Source: Candidatus Nanohaloarchaea archaeon (GTDB lineage Archaea; Nanohalarchaeota; Nanosalinia; Nanosalinales; Nanosalinaceae). Taken from it: DNA of 57,186 nt. Below, piece by piece: positions 1 through 9,789 of the stretch. The translations under genes were made by a program, and so were the position numbers. The stretch's first letter is position 1. Every line of letters begins with the position of its first letter. The DNA lies in NCBI GenBank assembly GCA_041640075.1, contig JBEQAY010000003.1:1-57186 (forward strand). The letters are read 5' to 3'. The notes beneath the pieces are model-generated. The model did no database searches and was not told the DNA's origin. It saw nothing but the letters and a program-made list of their open reading frames with translations.

Positions 1-2
1 GA

Positions 3-1073
3 GTCTACTGCAAAGAATGTGAGAAAGATTTCACCGAGATCAAGGACTACGACGGTGAGTATACTGTAAAATATTACTGTGAGGAATGTGAAGAAGAATT
101 TGAGATCGACTTCAGTGAATCCGACTCCATTAAGCCGCCGTGGAGAGTTGACTGGCCAATGCGCTGGTTCTACGAGAACGTTAGCTTCGAACCTGGCGGA
201 AAAGATCACTCAGCAGCTGGATCTTCACGTGACACAGGTAAGCAGATTATAGAGGAAGTTTACGATGCAGAAGCTCCAGTATACCAGATGTATGATTTCG
301 TGAAGCCAAAAGGAAGTGATAAGAAGATTTCATCAAGTTCGGGAGAGGAGACTCTGCGTTTAAATGATCTCAAGGATATCTACTCACCTGAGATGATTCG
401 TTTCCTTTTCTCGCAGACAAAACCTAAGAAACCGTTATCACTGGCTTTTGATGAGGAAATCATCCAGATTTACGACCGTTTCGACAGGATGGAGTCACAT
501 TACTTCAATCCTGACGAACTTGAGAACGAGAAAAAGCAGAGGCATCAGGAGCGTGTCTACGAGCTTGCCATGGTTGAAACTCCTGAGAAACAGCCTGTAC
601 GTGTTCCTTTCAAGCATGCAGCTTTTGTAGCCCAGACAGTACCTGAGGAAGACTGGAGTACGAAAGGACTGGAGTCTCTAAAGCGAACAGGACACATAGA
701 TGACCTGAATGAAAAAGACGAAGAAAGAGTGATGAATCGGTTGAGAAGAGCAAAGACATGGGCACGAAAGCACGCACCTGAAGGATACGTCTACGAAATC
801 AACTGGGAAGGAGATTCAACAGGTTTCACTGATGAACAGGTTGAAGCTCTGGAAATACTCAAGGACAGACTGGAAAACCAGGACTTTGAGGACTCGGATG
901 ATCTTGACGGAGAGCTTTACAACGTGAGAGATGAATCAGAGCTTGATACCGGAGAGTTCTTCGAGACATGTTACAAAGCTCTGCTAAACCGTGAATCCGG
1001 ACCTAGACTTTCCACATTAATCATGTCTGTAGGCCAGGATGAAACAAAGAAGATCCTCAAGAAGGTAGTATGA
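3..1073 (+). CDS. lysS: Class I lysyl-tRNA synthetase (5'-truncated by window edge)
   Basis: Frame is open from position 3 (VYCKEC..YYCEEC zinc knuckles, WRVDWPMRW). Has FEPGGKDH, the KMSKS-like KISSSSG and C-terminal GPRL, all typical of class I LysRS. Confidence 0.95.
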   Translation, partial: VYCKECEKDFTEIKDYDGEYTVKYYCEECEEEFEIDFSESDSIKPPWRVDWPMRWFYENVSFEPGGKDHSAAGSSRDTGKQIIEEVYDAEAPVYQMYDFVKPKGSDKKISSSSGEETLRLNDLKDIYSPEMIRFLFSQTKPKKPLSLAFDEEIIQIYDRFDRMESHYFNPDELENEKKQRHQERVYELAMVETPEKQPVRVPFKHAAFVAQTVPEEDWSTKGLESLKRTGHIDDLNEKDEERVMNRLRRAKTWARKHAPEGYVYEINWEGDSTGFTDEQVEALEILKDRLENQDFEDSDDLDGELYNVRDESELDTGEFFETCYKALLNRESGPRLSTLIMSVGQDETKKILKKVV

Positions 1074-1699
1074 AAGAACAGGACCTAAAATACTCAGCTC
1101 TGCAGCTTTGCGCTGTTCTTTTCTTTATTTTTGTTTTACAGATGTTTACAGGCTTTGAACCTGGTTTTAATGCTTCAGAGTCCGAATGGTGGAAGTTTTT
1201 CACGTCTTTCTTCGGGCACTCAGATGTAGAGCATCTTTTCAACAATCTTTTCTTTATAGGCTTGTTCGGTACGTTATACGAGCTTCTGACGTCTGAAAAG
1301 ATTTTCTGGAGTACTTTCCTGGTCTCTGCTCTAGGTGCAAACTTTACAGCCTTCATCTTCTACCCTGACTCGTTTATCATAGGTGCTTCCGGCGGTGCGA
1401 TGGGTTTGCTCTCTGCTCTAGCATTTTACAAGCCCAGAAAGATAGGATTAGCACTTGGAGTACCAGCTCCGATGTACATTGTGCTTGTGTCTTATCTGGT
1501 TATTAACTTTGCCGGTTTGACAGGTTCATCCTCGGTAGCGTATGAAGCACATCTCTTCGGGCTTTTGACTGGAGGTATGATAGGTATCTGGTTGAGAACA
1601 AAAGAGGATGAAGACTCAGAAAATAAAGAAGAGGTGGAAGAGGTATCAGGGTGGGAGCAGAAGATCAGGTCCTGGGAGAAAAAATACATGTTCGACTAG
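1070..1699 (+). CDS. Rhomboid family intramembrane serine protease
   Basis: HLFNN motif, catalytic GASGG and AHLFG, multiple TM segments. Confidence 0.9.
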   Translation: MKEQDLKYSALQLCAVLFFIFVLQMFTGFEPGFNASESEWWKFFTSFFGHSDVEHLFNNLFFIGLFGTLYELLTSEKIFWSTFLVSALGANFTAFIFYPDSFIIGASGGAMGLLSALAFYKPRKIGLALGVPAPMYIVLVSYLVINFAGLTGSSSVAYEAHLFGLLTGGMIGIWLRTKEDEDSENKEEVEEVSGWEQKIRSWEKKYMFD

Positions 1700-2844
1700 C
1701 AGGCGACGTTCGTTCCCAGATAGAATACTGCAATGAACGTTGCTGCAGCGCTGCCTAAAGTGACGAATACGAACGAAAGTAGGATTCTCCCAGCCTGATT
1801 GTCCCAGAGATCGCCGTACTCTGTTATGTTGACGATATCCTCCATCTCCTGGACTGTAGGAGGGTTAAGTTTTCCTTCAACGTACGCTGCGACCATACCT
1901 GCACCCAGAGCCGGATCCATGGATGTGAAAGGTGCTGCGAAGAAGGAAGTCACCCATGTAATGGGAGATGAACGTGCCAGGATCGCTCCTATGAACGGCA
2001 GTATAGCGTTTACCAGGAAGGCATTTCGTGCAAGTACTATACCTTCCGCCACGCTGCAGAAAACGAATACATAGGCCAGACTGACGATGATAAAACCCGG
2101 CATACCGTACTTCAGGACTTTGAACCAGGGGATACTGAAGCGTTTATCCTTGCCTTCAATAACTTCTTCACTTTCTCTACCCTCATCCAGCCTCAAAAGT
2201 TCTTCTTTAAGTCCTTCGACGTGTGCAGCCCCTACAACTGCTACTGCGTGGTCGAAGTCCGCTTCAATTATTTTTTCGGCCATGTAAGTGTTCCTTTCGT
2301 CCAGGAATGTCCTCTTGATTGATGGGAACTCTTCTTCAAGCTGTTTTACTAGAGTTGAGAGAATATCTTCATGTTTCAGGTCCTCGACTTTCATATCCTC
2401 TTCGGCAACTAGAGCCGACGACAGGAGCTTGAATTTCTCCCAGAGTGTTAACTGGTCAAGTGCCCGGCTGAATGTCTCATTTATATCCCTGTCAACCAGA
2501 GAAAATTCTATGTTTTTTCCTTTCGCCACGTTTACTGCTTCCAGGAGCTCTTCACCCGGTTTAATATCTTCTTTCAGGCCAAGTCTTCTCTGATATATGG
2601 AGAGTATGAGTGTAAGGAAAAGTGTGAACCCTTCTCCATTCCTGATGGCTTCTACCAGGTTCATCTCCGACCAGCCGGAGTCAGATGTAAGGGAGTTGTA
2701 CCGGCTTTCATCCAGTTCAACGCAGACCCTATCCGGTTCCTCATCCTCTATGGTCTGGCGTACCTCTTCCTTGCTCTCCTGGGAGACATGTGCGGTACCT
2801 ACTATAGTGACTTTTCTGTCGCCAAGATCTACCTGATCTCTCAT
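1696..2844 (-). CDS. TraB/PrgY (TIKI-like) family protein
   Basis: GTAHVS, VCVELD, DERN and VVGAAHV motifs plus C-terminal TM region. Confidence 0.9.
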   Translation of the reverse strand: MRDQVDLGDRKVTIVGTAHVSQESKEEVRQTIEDEEPDRVCVELDESRYNSLTSDSGWSEMNLVEAIRNGEGFTLFLTLILSIYQRRLGLKEDIKPGEELLEAVNVAKGKNIEFSLVDRDINETFSRALDQLTLWEKFKLLSSALVAEEDMKVEDLKHEDILSTLVKQLEEEFPSIKRTFLDERNTYMAEKIIEADFDHAVAVVGAAHVEGLKEELLRLDEGRESEEVIEGKDKRFSIPWFKVLKYGMPGFIIVSLAYVFVFCSVAEGIVLARNAFLVNAILPFIGAILARSSPITWVTSFFAAPFTSMDPALGAGMVAAYVEGKLNPPTVQEMEDIVNITEYGDLWDNQAGRILLSFVFVTLGSAAATFIAVFYLGTNVAC

Positions 2845-2938
2845 CTATCGAAAAACTTCAATGAGAACGGTATTAAAGCCTATCAATATGTTTCGATTTT
2901 CACAGATAATTTAAGATAGCAAGCAGATAATCAGGGTT

Positions 2939-3328
2939 ATGACACTTACAAACATCAAGAACGAGAGAAAATTTATAGATAGCCTGGTGATAATTGCGGC
3001 TTCTTCCTCGGCTTATTTCGGTGGGTTCATCCAGAGCCTGAATCTAGGACCTGTTTCCATTAGCATCCTACTGCCCGTCGGCGTCATAGTGTTTCTTGCC
3101 TTCATGCATGTGGTACTGCGGAAGAGCAGAAAATTTGATGAAAGAGAACATCAGATAGCCTACGAAATCCTGAAAGGGGTAGTCTTCACCGGTCTAATTA
3201 TTTTCTCGTACCGTTCCGGGCTATCAGCAGTTGAACTGATACCACAGAGTCTAATCTCCTCAGTATCAACACTGCTGTTCCTTACAGTAGCAATATACCT
3301 TATGGCATACAGGTCAAACAAGAACTAG
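2939..3328 (+). CDS. Hypothetical membrane protein
   Basis: 129 aa with ~4 hydrophobic segments and a DERE motif. Confidence 0.6.
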   Translation: MTLTNIKNERKFIDSLVIIAASSSAYFGGFIQSLNLGPVSISILLPVGVIVFLAFMHVVLRKSRKFDEREHQIAYEILKGVVFTGLIIFSYRSGLSAVELIPQSLISSVSTLLFLTVAIYLMAYRSNKN

Positions 3329-3331
3329 CCC

Positions 3332-4405
3332 TCATTTTTCCCTTTCAAGGCAGAACTCCGTTACATCTTTGAAGAATTTTCTAGAGTCCTCATCAAGCTC
3401 CAAATTATCTATCATCTCTATTGCTTCCTCTGCAAGAACCTCCATCTGTTGATGAACTTCCTGTTTGACCCCCTCTTTCTCTATTAGAGCCGTTATATCT
3501 TTTCTCTGCTCTTCGGAAAGTTCTGTGCCTAACTTCTGCTTTACATCCAGTTTTTTGTCTTCAGGAAGTTTGTCGAGTAGTTTACGTCTATGAAGTGTCT
3601 TCTTGTCTTCAACAAGATCTGATCCTAATTCCTCACCTATTTTCTCCTGATCTCCAAATAGTCCAAGCTCATCATCTTTCAGCTGGAATATTACACCTAT
3701 TTTTTCCCCCAGCTCATAGAGCTTCTCCTGCTCATCTTCATCTGCACCTGCAAGGATTGCACCCGCCTTCATCGGAAGGGAAAAAGTATAACGTGCAGTC
3801 TTACCTCTGTAGAGGTCGATTATTTCCTTCTCTGAAAGTTCATCACGTGAGTAACCGGCATATATATCAACCTGCTCTGCCAGTCCAACGTTCGCAAACT
3901 CGCTGAAGACCAGTTCTTGAACATTATACTTTTTTTCTGGATCGGTATCAAGTCTTGTGAGTAGGTTCTGTCCCAGGAAAAAGGATACATCTCCAGCAGC
4001 AATTCCCATACTGACTCCGAAATGGTGCACCTGATCGATTTCTCTTTCTTCTGCAAGCTCCCGGTACTGTTTCTGGAATGTTTCAAGACCTCTCCTGTAG
4101 TCATCCTTATCTATTATATCGTCATGCATCAAAATACCGGTGTGCAACATTTCAATAGCTGCAGCAGTTTTCAAACAGTCTTCACGGTTTTCCCCACTGT
4201 ATAAATTATGTGTTTTCAGTACAAGGCTTCCTCTGACCATTTTACCTTCTTTTACCATTTTTTGAAGCCTTTCCCTGATATCTGTCCGCCATTCGCCTGA
4301 ATCTCCCTCTTCTTCCCAGTTCTCCAGAAAATTGTCGAGCTGAGCTGAGATTTCACTCTTGTTACGGCCTAATTCTTTCAATATCCTGTCTTTGCCAGAC
4401 GCCAT
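3332..4405 (-). CDS. Polyprenyl diphosphate synthase (probably longer-chain)
   Basis: GKMVRG, FARM HDDIIDKDDYRRG, KTARY and SARM FQLKDD. Start moved to the ATG at 4405 (MASGKD) because the longer ORF overlaps the divergent ABC gene. Confidence 0.9.
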   Translation of the reverse strand: MASGKDRILKELGRNKSEISAQLDNFLENWEEEGDSGEWRTDIRERLQKMVKEGKMVRGSLVLKTHNLYSGENREDCLKTAAAIEMLHTGILMHDDIIDKDDYRRGLETFQKQYRELAEEREIDQVHHFGVSMGIAAGDVSFFLGQNLLTRLDTDPEKKYNVQELVFSEFANVGLAEQVDIYAGYSRDELSEKEIIDLYRGKTARYTFSLPMKAGAILAGADEDEQEKLYELGEKIGVIFQLKDDELGLFGDQEKIGEELGSDLVEDKKTLHRRKLLDKLPEDKKLDVKQKLGTELSEEQRKDITALIEKEGVKQEVHQQMEVLAEEAIEMIDNLELDEDSRKFFKDVTEFCLEREK

Positions 4406-4514
4406 GATTACTTCTGAACTTTCGCACTCTTTAGTTAATTTTCCTGAAGAAGGGAATTCTTTAAATGTAAACAGTACACCAATAATTTTTGAATCGGTGT
4501 AAGGTGTTGACTGA

Positions 4515-5195
4515 ATGGCTCTGATGGAAGTTGAGAAACTTGAGAAAAATTTTGAGGATATAGAGGCACTGAAAGACGTTGACATTCAGGTAAACAAAGG
4601 AGAGATAGTGGGTGTACTGGGTCCTAACGGGGCAGGAAAATCATCACTGATGAAGATTCTGTCAGGGCAGCTTGCATACGACTCTGGTAAGGTCAGAGTG
4701 TTTGGCAGAGATCCTTCAGAAGAACCTGTAGAGGTGAAGAAACGGGTTGGCGCTCTCCCTGAAAGAGAGGATCCTCCGAGCTTCCTCACTGGCGATGAGT
4801 ACATGGATTTCGTGGCTGATGTCAGGGAAGAAGATATAGATAAGGATAAATGGATTGACAGGCTGAACCTGGAGGGTAAACTAGATAAAGTTACACATGA
4901 TCTCTCCAAAGGCGAGAGACAGAAACTTATGATTGTACAGGCTTTCTTCCACAACCCTGAACTGGTTTTCGTAGATGAACCACTGGTAAATCTAGATCCT
5001 GTGATACAGGAAAAAGTGAAAGATTTGTTCAAGGATACTCGAGAGGATGGAGGAACCGTCTTTCTCTGTACACATGTGGTCTCCTTGGCAGAGGAGTTAT
5101 GTGACAGAGTTTTCTTCTTGAAAAATGGTGAAGTTGTAGAGGAGATCGAAAAGGTTGAAAACTTGAAAAAACGTTTTATTGAATCTCAAAAATGA
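4515..5195 (+). CDS. ABC transporter ATP-binding protein
   Basis: Walker A GPNGAGKS, signature LSKGERQK, Walker B VFVDEP. Confidence 0.93.
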   Translation: MALMEVEKLEKNFEDIEALKDVDIQVNKGEIVGVLGPNGAGKSSLMKILSGQLAYDSGKVRVFGRDPSEEPVEVKKRVGALPEREDPPSFLTGDEYMDFVADVREEDIDKDKWIDRLNLEGKLDKVTHDLSKGERQKLMIVQAFFHNPELVFVDEPLVNLDPVIQEKVKDLFKDTREDGGTVFLCTHVVSLAEELCDRVFFLKNGEVVEEIEKVENLKKRFIESQK

Positions 5196-6331
5196 TTCTG
5201 AAAATGATCAAGGAGGAGTGGAGGAAAAACTCCAAGCTGTATAGAGGTAGAAGCTTTGCAGCCTTTCCTCTGCTTGTTCTATCCTTCTCTGCAGCTTGGA
5301 ACTTTCTTGTAGTGAACTTCTCTACAATTAGCTACGAGATGATAGGAGACTCTCTGGTAGCACTTTCAGCGCTGATGGGTATTGCAGTAGGTTTAACTGG
5401 CTTTTCAAGCCGTGATGCATTCCAGAACGTGCTAGGTAGAACAAATTACCTTGTTTTTTCCTCTAAAACCCTGCCAGTATCAAAAAAACAGCTTTATCTG
5501 GACTACTTTGTCAAAGATACGTTCTTCTATCTCACTTTAATTATCCTACCCCTTTCACTGGGTTTCTTGATACCCACAGGTTTCGCTATCTGGCCGCGGT
5601 TTTTGGATTCAATAGCACTTTTCCTTTTTGGACTGGTGTTGAGCTCAGTTTTTGCTCTTAGTTCTATAGAACTTCCCTCACTGAAGATTCTAAGTTATCG
5701 TAACCTAAATTTTCTTGACCCGGTCTCACGTAAATCTGTTATTGATGTCTTCAGGTCCTCTGGAGGACTGTTCAAGATCTTCTTTTCGCTTGGCGTCCTC
5801 ACTTTTTTTTACTGGGTCATGGTCTTGAATTTTCCACTAGCGGCCATCTTCCTAGAAAACCCTCTGCTCTCTTTCAGTGTAATAATAGGATTGCTGAATT
5901 TGTCAATCTACAACTGGCTAAACAGGTTTGACTCAATCGAAACTTACAGTTATCTACCTCTAGATGTCCTCTCCATAGCCTACTCTAAGGAAACATCTTA
6001 TCTAGCACTTGCACTCCCTCTTTCCTATATTCTCGTCCTAGTTTCATACATAATCCATCCAGGAAACATATACCTCTCACTTCTCACAGTCACATCTACC
6101 ACGATGTATGGAATGGCTGTCGCAGTCCGTGTACTTGGTTTGAGTCCTAATGAAAGACTTTTCCAGGCAGATATCTTTCTGAAATACCTTACCGGCGTCG
6201 GTTCACTTCTTGTGCCACTTCTCTACATGTCAGTTATCTACAACGTACAAATCTTCCTGTATTACTATGCATTGACCTGGTTCGGAATAATTAGCGCATT
6301 CTACATTATGGCACGTACAAAAAGTAAGTAG
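5192..6331 (+). CDS. ABC transporter permease (putative)
   Basis: Polytopic membrane protein with 4-nt overlap with the ATPase gene. Confidence 0.75.
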   Translation: MILKMIKEEWRKNSKLYRGRSFAAFPLLVLSFSAAWNFLVVNFSTISYEMIGDSLVALSALMGIAVGLTGFSSRDAFQNVLGRTNYLVFSSKTLPVSKKQLYLDYFVKDTFFYLTLIILPLSLGFLIPTGFAIWPRFLDSIALFLFGLVLSSVFALSSIELPSLKILSYRNLNFLDPVSRKSVIDVFRSSGGLFKIFFSLGVLTFFYWVMVLNFPLAAIFLENPLLSFSVIIGLLNLSIYNWLNRFDSIETYSYLPLDVLSIAYSKETSYLALALPLSYILVLVSYIIHPGNIYLSLLTVTSTTMYGMAVAVRVLGLSPNERLFQADIFLKYLTGVGSLLVPLLYMSVIYNVQIFLYYYALTWFGIISAFYIMARTKSK

Positions 6332-6345
6332 CAGCCATATAGAAA

Positions 6346-7026
6346 CTAAAGTCTTATCAGACCATCTTCATCGCTGTAAAGTTCCTCTATCTTCTTCTCC
6401 ATCTCCTCTCTGACCTCTTTCTCGCTCTCCTTCATTACTTCCAAGGCTTCAGGTGTGTAATCAACCTCTACCGTGAACGGCAGGATTTTTGATATCTTTG
6501 ACATCTCAACCTCTTTAGAGTATTCAAGTTCATGCTCGTGCTGATCCAGCTCATCCATAAAACCGAACAGGTCATTGATAAACCTCTCAGCTTCCTGTTG
6601 GGTAAAAACCTCTGCGACACCTTCCCAGACATCATCTGCCTCTGAATTCTTGATCTCTAATATCGCTTCATGCAGTGATTCAAGTCTATCCATGATCTTC
6701 CTTTCAACTTCAGGACTCTCATTTTCCAGATTCTGGTAGAAAATATCGTGTTCAAGAAGATGCTCCTTCCTAGAATAAACATCTTCATTTTCCTCCACAG
6801 CTTCGAGAAGCCTTGAAAACTGTTTCTTCAGATCGCGCCTGTAAGACTCTATCTCAGGGCTTATTATCTCTTCGCTTACCGTGGAGCTTTCCGAAATCAT
6901 TTTAGCAGCAGTTTCAGACGAGCTTCTTCTTTTCACTGCTTCTGAGATATCAAGTTTCTGCTTCACGCCGTCGGCAACATCATCCAGCAAGTCGTGAAAC
7001 TCGTTCTCCAGTACTTCTCTTTCCAC
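6346..7026 (-). CDS. Hypothetical acidic helical protein
   Basis: 226-aa ORF with the acidic composition typical of this genome; GTG start. Confidence 0.65.
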   Translation of the reverse strand: MEREVLENEFHDLLDDVADGVKQKLDISEAVKRRSSSETAAKMISESSTVSEEIISPEIESYRRDLKKQFSRLLEAVEENEDVYSRKEHLLEHDIFYQNLENESPEVERKIMDRLESLHEAILEIKNSEADDVWEGVAEVFTQQEAERFINDLFGFMDELDQHEHELEYSKEVEMSKISKILPFTVEVDYTPEALEVMKESEKEVREEMEKKIEELYSDEDGLIRL

Positions 7027-7087
7027 GTCGAAGGTTTGTTCCCAACTAATCTAAATCACAGGGCTTCGGCTTTCGTTGCCAGAAAAC

Positions 7088-7140
7088 TTTAAAAACCAGA
7101 AAGTAATATATTGTAATATGATCGTAATACAAAGTAATAC
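7088..7140 (+). promoter_or_regulatory. TATA box followed by four helically phased GTAATA repeats (putative operator)
   Basis: TTTAAAAA at 7088-7095; GTAATA at 7103, 7113, 7124 and 7134 (spacing 10/11/10). Confidence 0.5.
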
Positions 7141-7210
7141 TATTGGTTCTGGGAGGCCGGAAAACCTAGAGGATCTGGAAGAGAATGACTGTGGCCGCGT
7201 CAAAAACTAG
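7118..7210 (+). CDS. Putative 30-aa leaderless small protein (MIVIQSNTIGSGRPENLEDLEENDCGRVKN)
   Basis: ATG ~23 nt after the TATA box, acidic composition, followed by a T-run. Confidence 0.3.
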   Translation: MIVIQSNTIGSGRPENLEDLEENDCGRVKN

Positions 7211-7219
7211 AGAGTTTTT

Positions 7220-7531
7220 TCAGTCGTCAGCGTATACCTTGGCTTCGCCTTCATGCCCAGTATCTTCTGGAGAATAGTCATAGGTACCGTCAGCCAGGTC
7301 TTCTCTCTCGTTCTGTTCCTTCCTGTACTCATGTTGCTTCCAGAGTTTCAGAGGACTGGTTATCCCCGGATCAACCTTATCCAGATAATCTTCTAACTCC
7401 ACATCTGTTTCGTCTGCAGCACCGAAGTCATTCCTATAGGCCCCATATGCTGAGACTGCTGTTAAGACGGCCCCATAACCAAGTGCTGCAGTGTGCTCCG
7501 GGTTACTAAGGAACTCTTCTATCCATTCCAT
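7220..7531 (-). CDS. Hypothetical single-TM acidic protein
   Basis: Start at ATG 7531 (MEWIEEF) avoids overlap with cdc6; one hydrophobic helix followed by an acidic tail. Confidence 0.6.
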   Translation of the reverse strand: MEWIEEFLSNPEHTAALGYGAVLTAVSAYGAYRNDFGAADETDVELEDYLDKVDPGITSPLKLWKQHEYRKEQNEREDLADGTYDYSPEDTGHEGEAKVYADD

Positions 7532-7618
7532 TCTAATTTCACAGGACAGCGTAGATTTAAATACTGTAGAGGTCTCTGAAACACAAGATAATTGAATTTT
7601 GCTGTTAATTGGTGACAT

Positions 7619-8638
7619 GTGCCCCATTTCCATAATATCATTGAAGATGAGAGAGTACTGACCGCTGATTTCCTTCCCAACCGGATGGTTCACCGGGACT
7701 CCGAGAGACAGGAGATAGCGAACGCACTTAACCCAATACTGGAAGGCGGACAGCCCCGCACCACTCTTCTATACGGACCGCCGGGAACAGGAAAATCTAC
7801 CATGGCTGAGTATGTTGTGGAGAAGTTACGGGAGCATGATTCCTCCGTGATCTATGGATCTGTCAACTGCTGGAAGAATCCCTCCCGTTTCAAGGTTTAC
7901 TACGAACTCCTGCAGGACATGGGGCAGAGGATGATACACAGGACAGGAACGCCGACAGACGAGCTTGTTGAGATGTTCGAGGAAAAAGTTCGTTCACGTC
8001 CAGCCGTTGTTATACTTGACGAGGTAGACCAGATACAGGATGAGAAAATACTTTACGACATGGCGAGGTACACTAGAACCGGTCTGATCATGATAGCGAA
8101 CCAGTCAAACGTTTTCTACGACGTCGATGAAAGGATCAGATCGTCACTGAGCTCACGGAAAAACATCCGCTTCCAGGCATACACTACAGAAGAACTACTG
8201 GACATACTCAAGGACAGGAAAAAATGGGGGTTAAAACCAGAGACGATATCAACTGCGCAGCTGAAGAAGATCGCAGCGCGCTCAAACGGAGATGCACGTA
8301 TTGCCATAAACTCCCTGCGGATAGCAGCCGAGCAGGCAGAGGAACAGGACAGGGAGAAAATACTGGATGAAGACATAGACTCTGCCGTGCCGGAAGCGGT
8401 GAAGAACGACCACAGTGAGTCACTGGAAAAGCTTAACGACGATCAGAGAATCCTCTACGACATAATAAAACAGGAGGAAGATATCAAGCCTCGGGAACTC
8501 TACGACCGTTACCGTGAGGAAGCAGAGGAACCGAAAGTTGAGAGAACCTTGCGGAACTACCTGCGGAAGATGGAGAACTACCGGTTGATCGAATCAACAG
8601 GCAAAGGCACAGGTACGAAATACGAACTCCGGAAATAA
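7619..8638 (+). CDS. cdc6: Orc1/Cdc6 family replication initiator
   Basis: Walker A GPPGTGKS, VNC, Walker B VVILDEVD, GDARIAI sensor and C-terminal winged helix. Confidence 0.93.
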   Translation: MPHFHNIIEDERVLTADFLPNRMVHRDSERQEIANALNPILEGGQPRTTLLYGPPGTGKSTMAEYVVEKLREHDSSVIYGSVNCWKNPSRFKVYYELLQDMGQRMIHRTGTPTDELVEMFEEKVRSRPAVVILDEVDQIQDEKILYDMARYTRTGLIMIANQSNVFYDVDERIRSSLSSRKNIRFQAYTTEELLDILKDRKKWGLKPETISTAQLKKIAARSNGDARIAINSLRIAAEQAEEQDREKILDEDIDSAVPEAVKNDHSESLEKLNDDQRILYDIIKQEEDIKPRELYDRYREEAEEPKVERTLRNYLRKMENYRLIESTGKGTGTKYELRK

Positions 8639-8845
8639 ATTTTTGCCATCTTTCTGTGGTGACGTATCTATTTATGACGTGAGCGGTCATGTATACACAG
8701 GGGGAGAATTGAGAACGGGGGAGATGTTTTTGAGTCTCCGGAAAATTTCTGGGAAAAATCCGGGAGCTCAAGTGTTCAGTAGTCTTCTCTTCCCATCTAG
8801 GCTTCAAAATCTGTTATCAAAAAGCAAACGGAGGGGGTATTGTGT

Positions 8846-9232
8846 ATGATAGGTACAACTAGTTCAAGAGCTTTGATAAGTCCTGAGAATCAGGTCAGAG
8901 ATTCCAGGGAAAGCCGATTACATCGGAGAGCAATTTTAAGACTTGCAATGGCTTACGACCAGGCCGGGTACGATGTGAAAGCCGGTCACGTTGATAGGTT
9001 CGACTACCCGTGTAAGTACAACTTCATGAAGCCTGACCTAGTAGCGGAAAGGGATGGCGACAAAATTATCGTCGAAGTGGAGACGGAAAGCACCGTTGGA
9101 ACTGATAGGGACAGGAAACAGAGGAAAGTATTCAGTGAATGGGCAAAAGAAGGTGAAAACCGTGATTTCCGGCGAGAAACCGTTGTTACATCTATCGCGG
9201 AATTGCGGAACCGTCCGGACCGGTTTAAATAG
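8846..9232 (+). CDS. Small PD-(D/E)XK nuclease-like protein
   Basis: H...KPDLVAERDGDKIIVEVET fits a restriction-endonuclease-like catalytic motif. Confidence 0.55.
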   Translation: MIGTTSSRALISPENQVRDSRESRLHRRAILRLAMAYDQAGYDVKAGHVDRFDYPCKYNFMKPDLVAERDGDKIIVEVETESTVGTDRDRKQRKVFSEWAKEGENRDFRRETVVTSIAELRNRPDRFK

Positions 9233-9789
9233 GGAGCGGAGACCAATCAAAGATACTGGAAGGGTGGAAAAAGAAAAATGGGGTTGCAGCCAAGCGTGTG
9301 TCTAGAAAAATTCTCAAGTCCCAGAGGAAACTAAGAGTTATGAGGCTTGACTGCACTGAGGAGGGTTTTCACCCGGTCCAGAAACAAACAGGTGGTCAAA
9401 AATGTCCGAAATCGATCAAATCAACTTGAAAAGCGGCGACTATATCCTTCCCGCCGACAGGCCTTCAAAGAGAAACAGCCTGAAGCGACTGAGGGATCTT
9501 GTTCCGCTCAGGAGTTAGAACTTCTAACAAGGGGAGGGGAAAGAAAAAATGCGTGAAGACAATCCGATCAGCAAGTTATTCGACGAGGTTTACGGGAACT
9601 CAGGCAACCGTAGAAAGGATAGAAGTGCTTCGGAACCGTAACCTTGATTTTTTGAAAATTCATCTAGAGACCTACTTTTGGAGCCAACTTCAGTAGTTTC
9701 GTTGAAAGTTTTCAAAACGGTTTACTGGAATATTGAGTGTGGCCGCTCATTAGCCTGACTTATTAACCTGAATCAGTATAATAGTTTGT
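9233..9789. other. Long intergenic region near cdc6; candidate replication origin
   Basis: Unusually long gene-free stretch. Contains ORB-like TCCCAGAGGAAAC (~9319), TTCCAGTAAACC (minus strand, 9719-9730) and G-strings (~9531-9539; also 8700-8722 and 8826-8838). Confidence 0.35.

Noticed and set aside
4406..4585. N-terminal extension of the 417-aa prenyl synthase ORF
   Set aside because: It is the Ser/Phe-rich antisense of the divergent ABC gene; the ATG at 4405 is more plausible.
9054..9696. Short ORFs 9054-9305, 9347-9556 and 9499-9696
   Set aside because: Basic, atypical composition and mutually overlapping; more likely non-coding.
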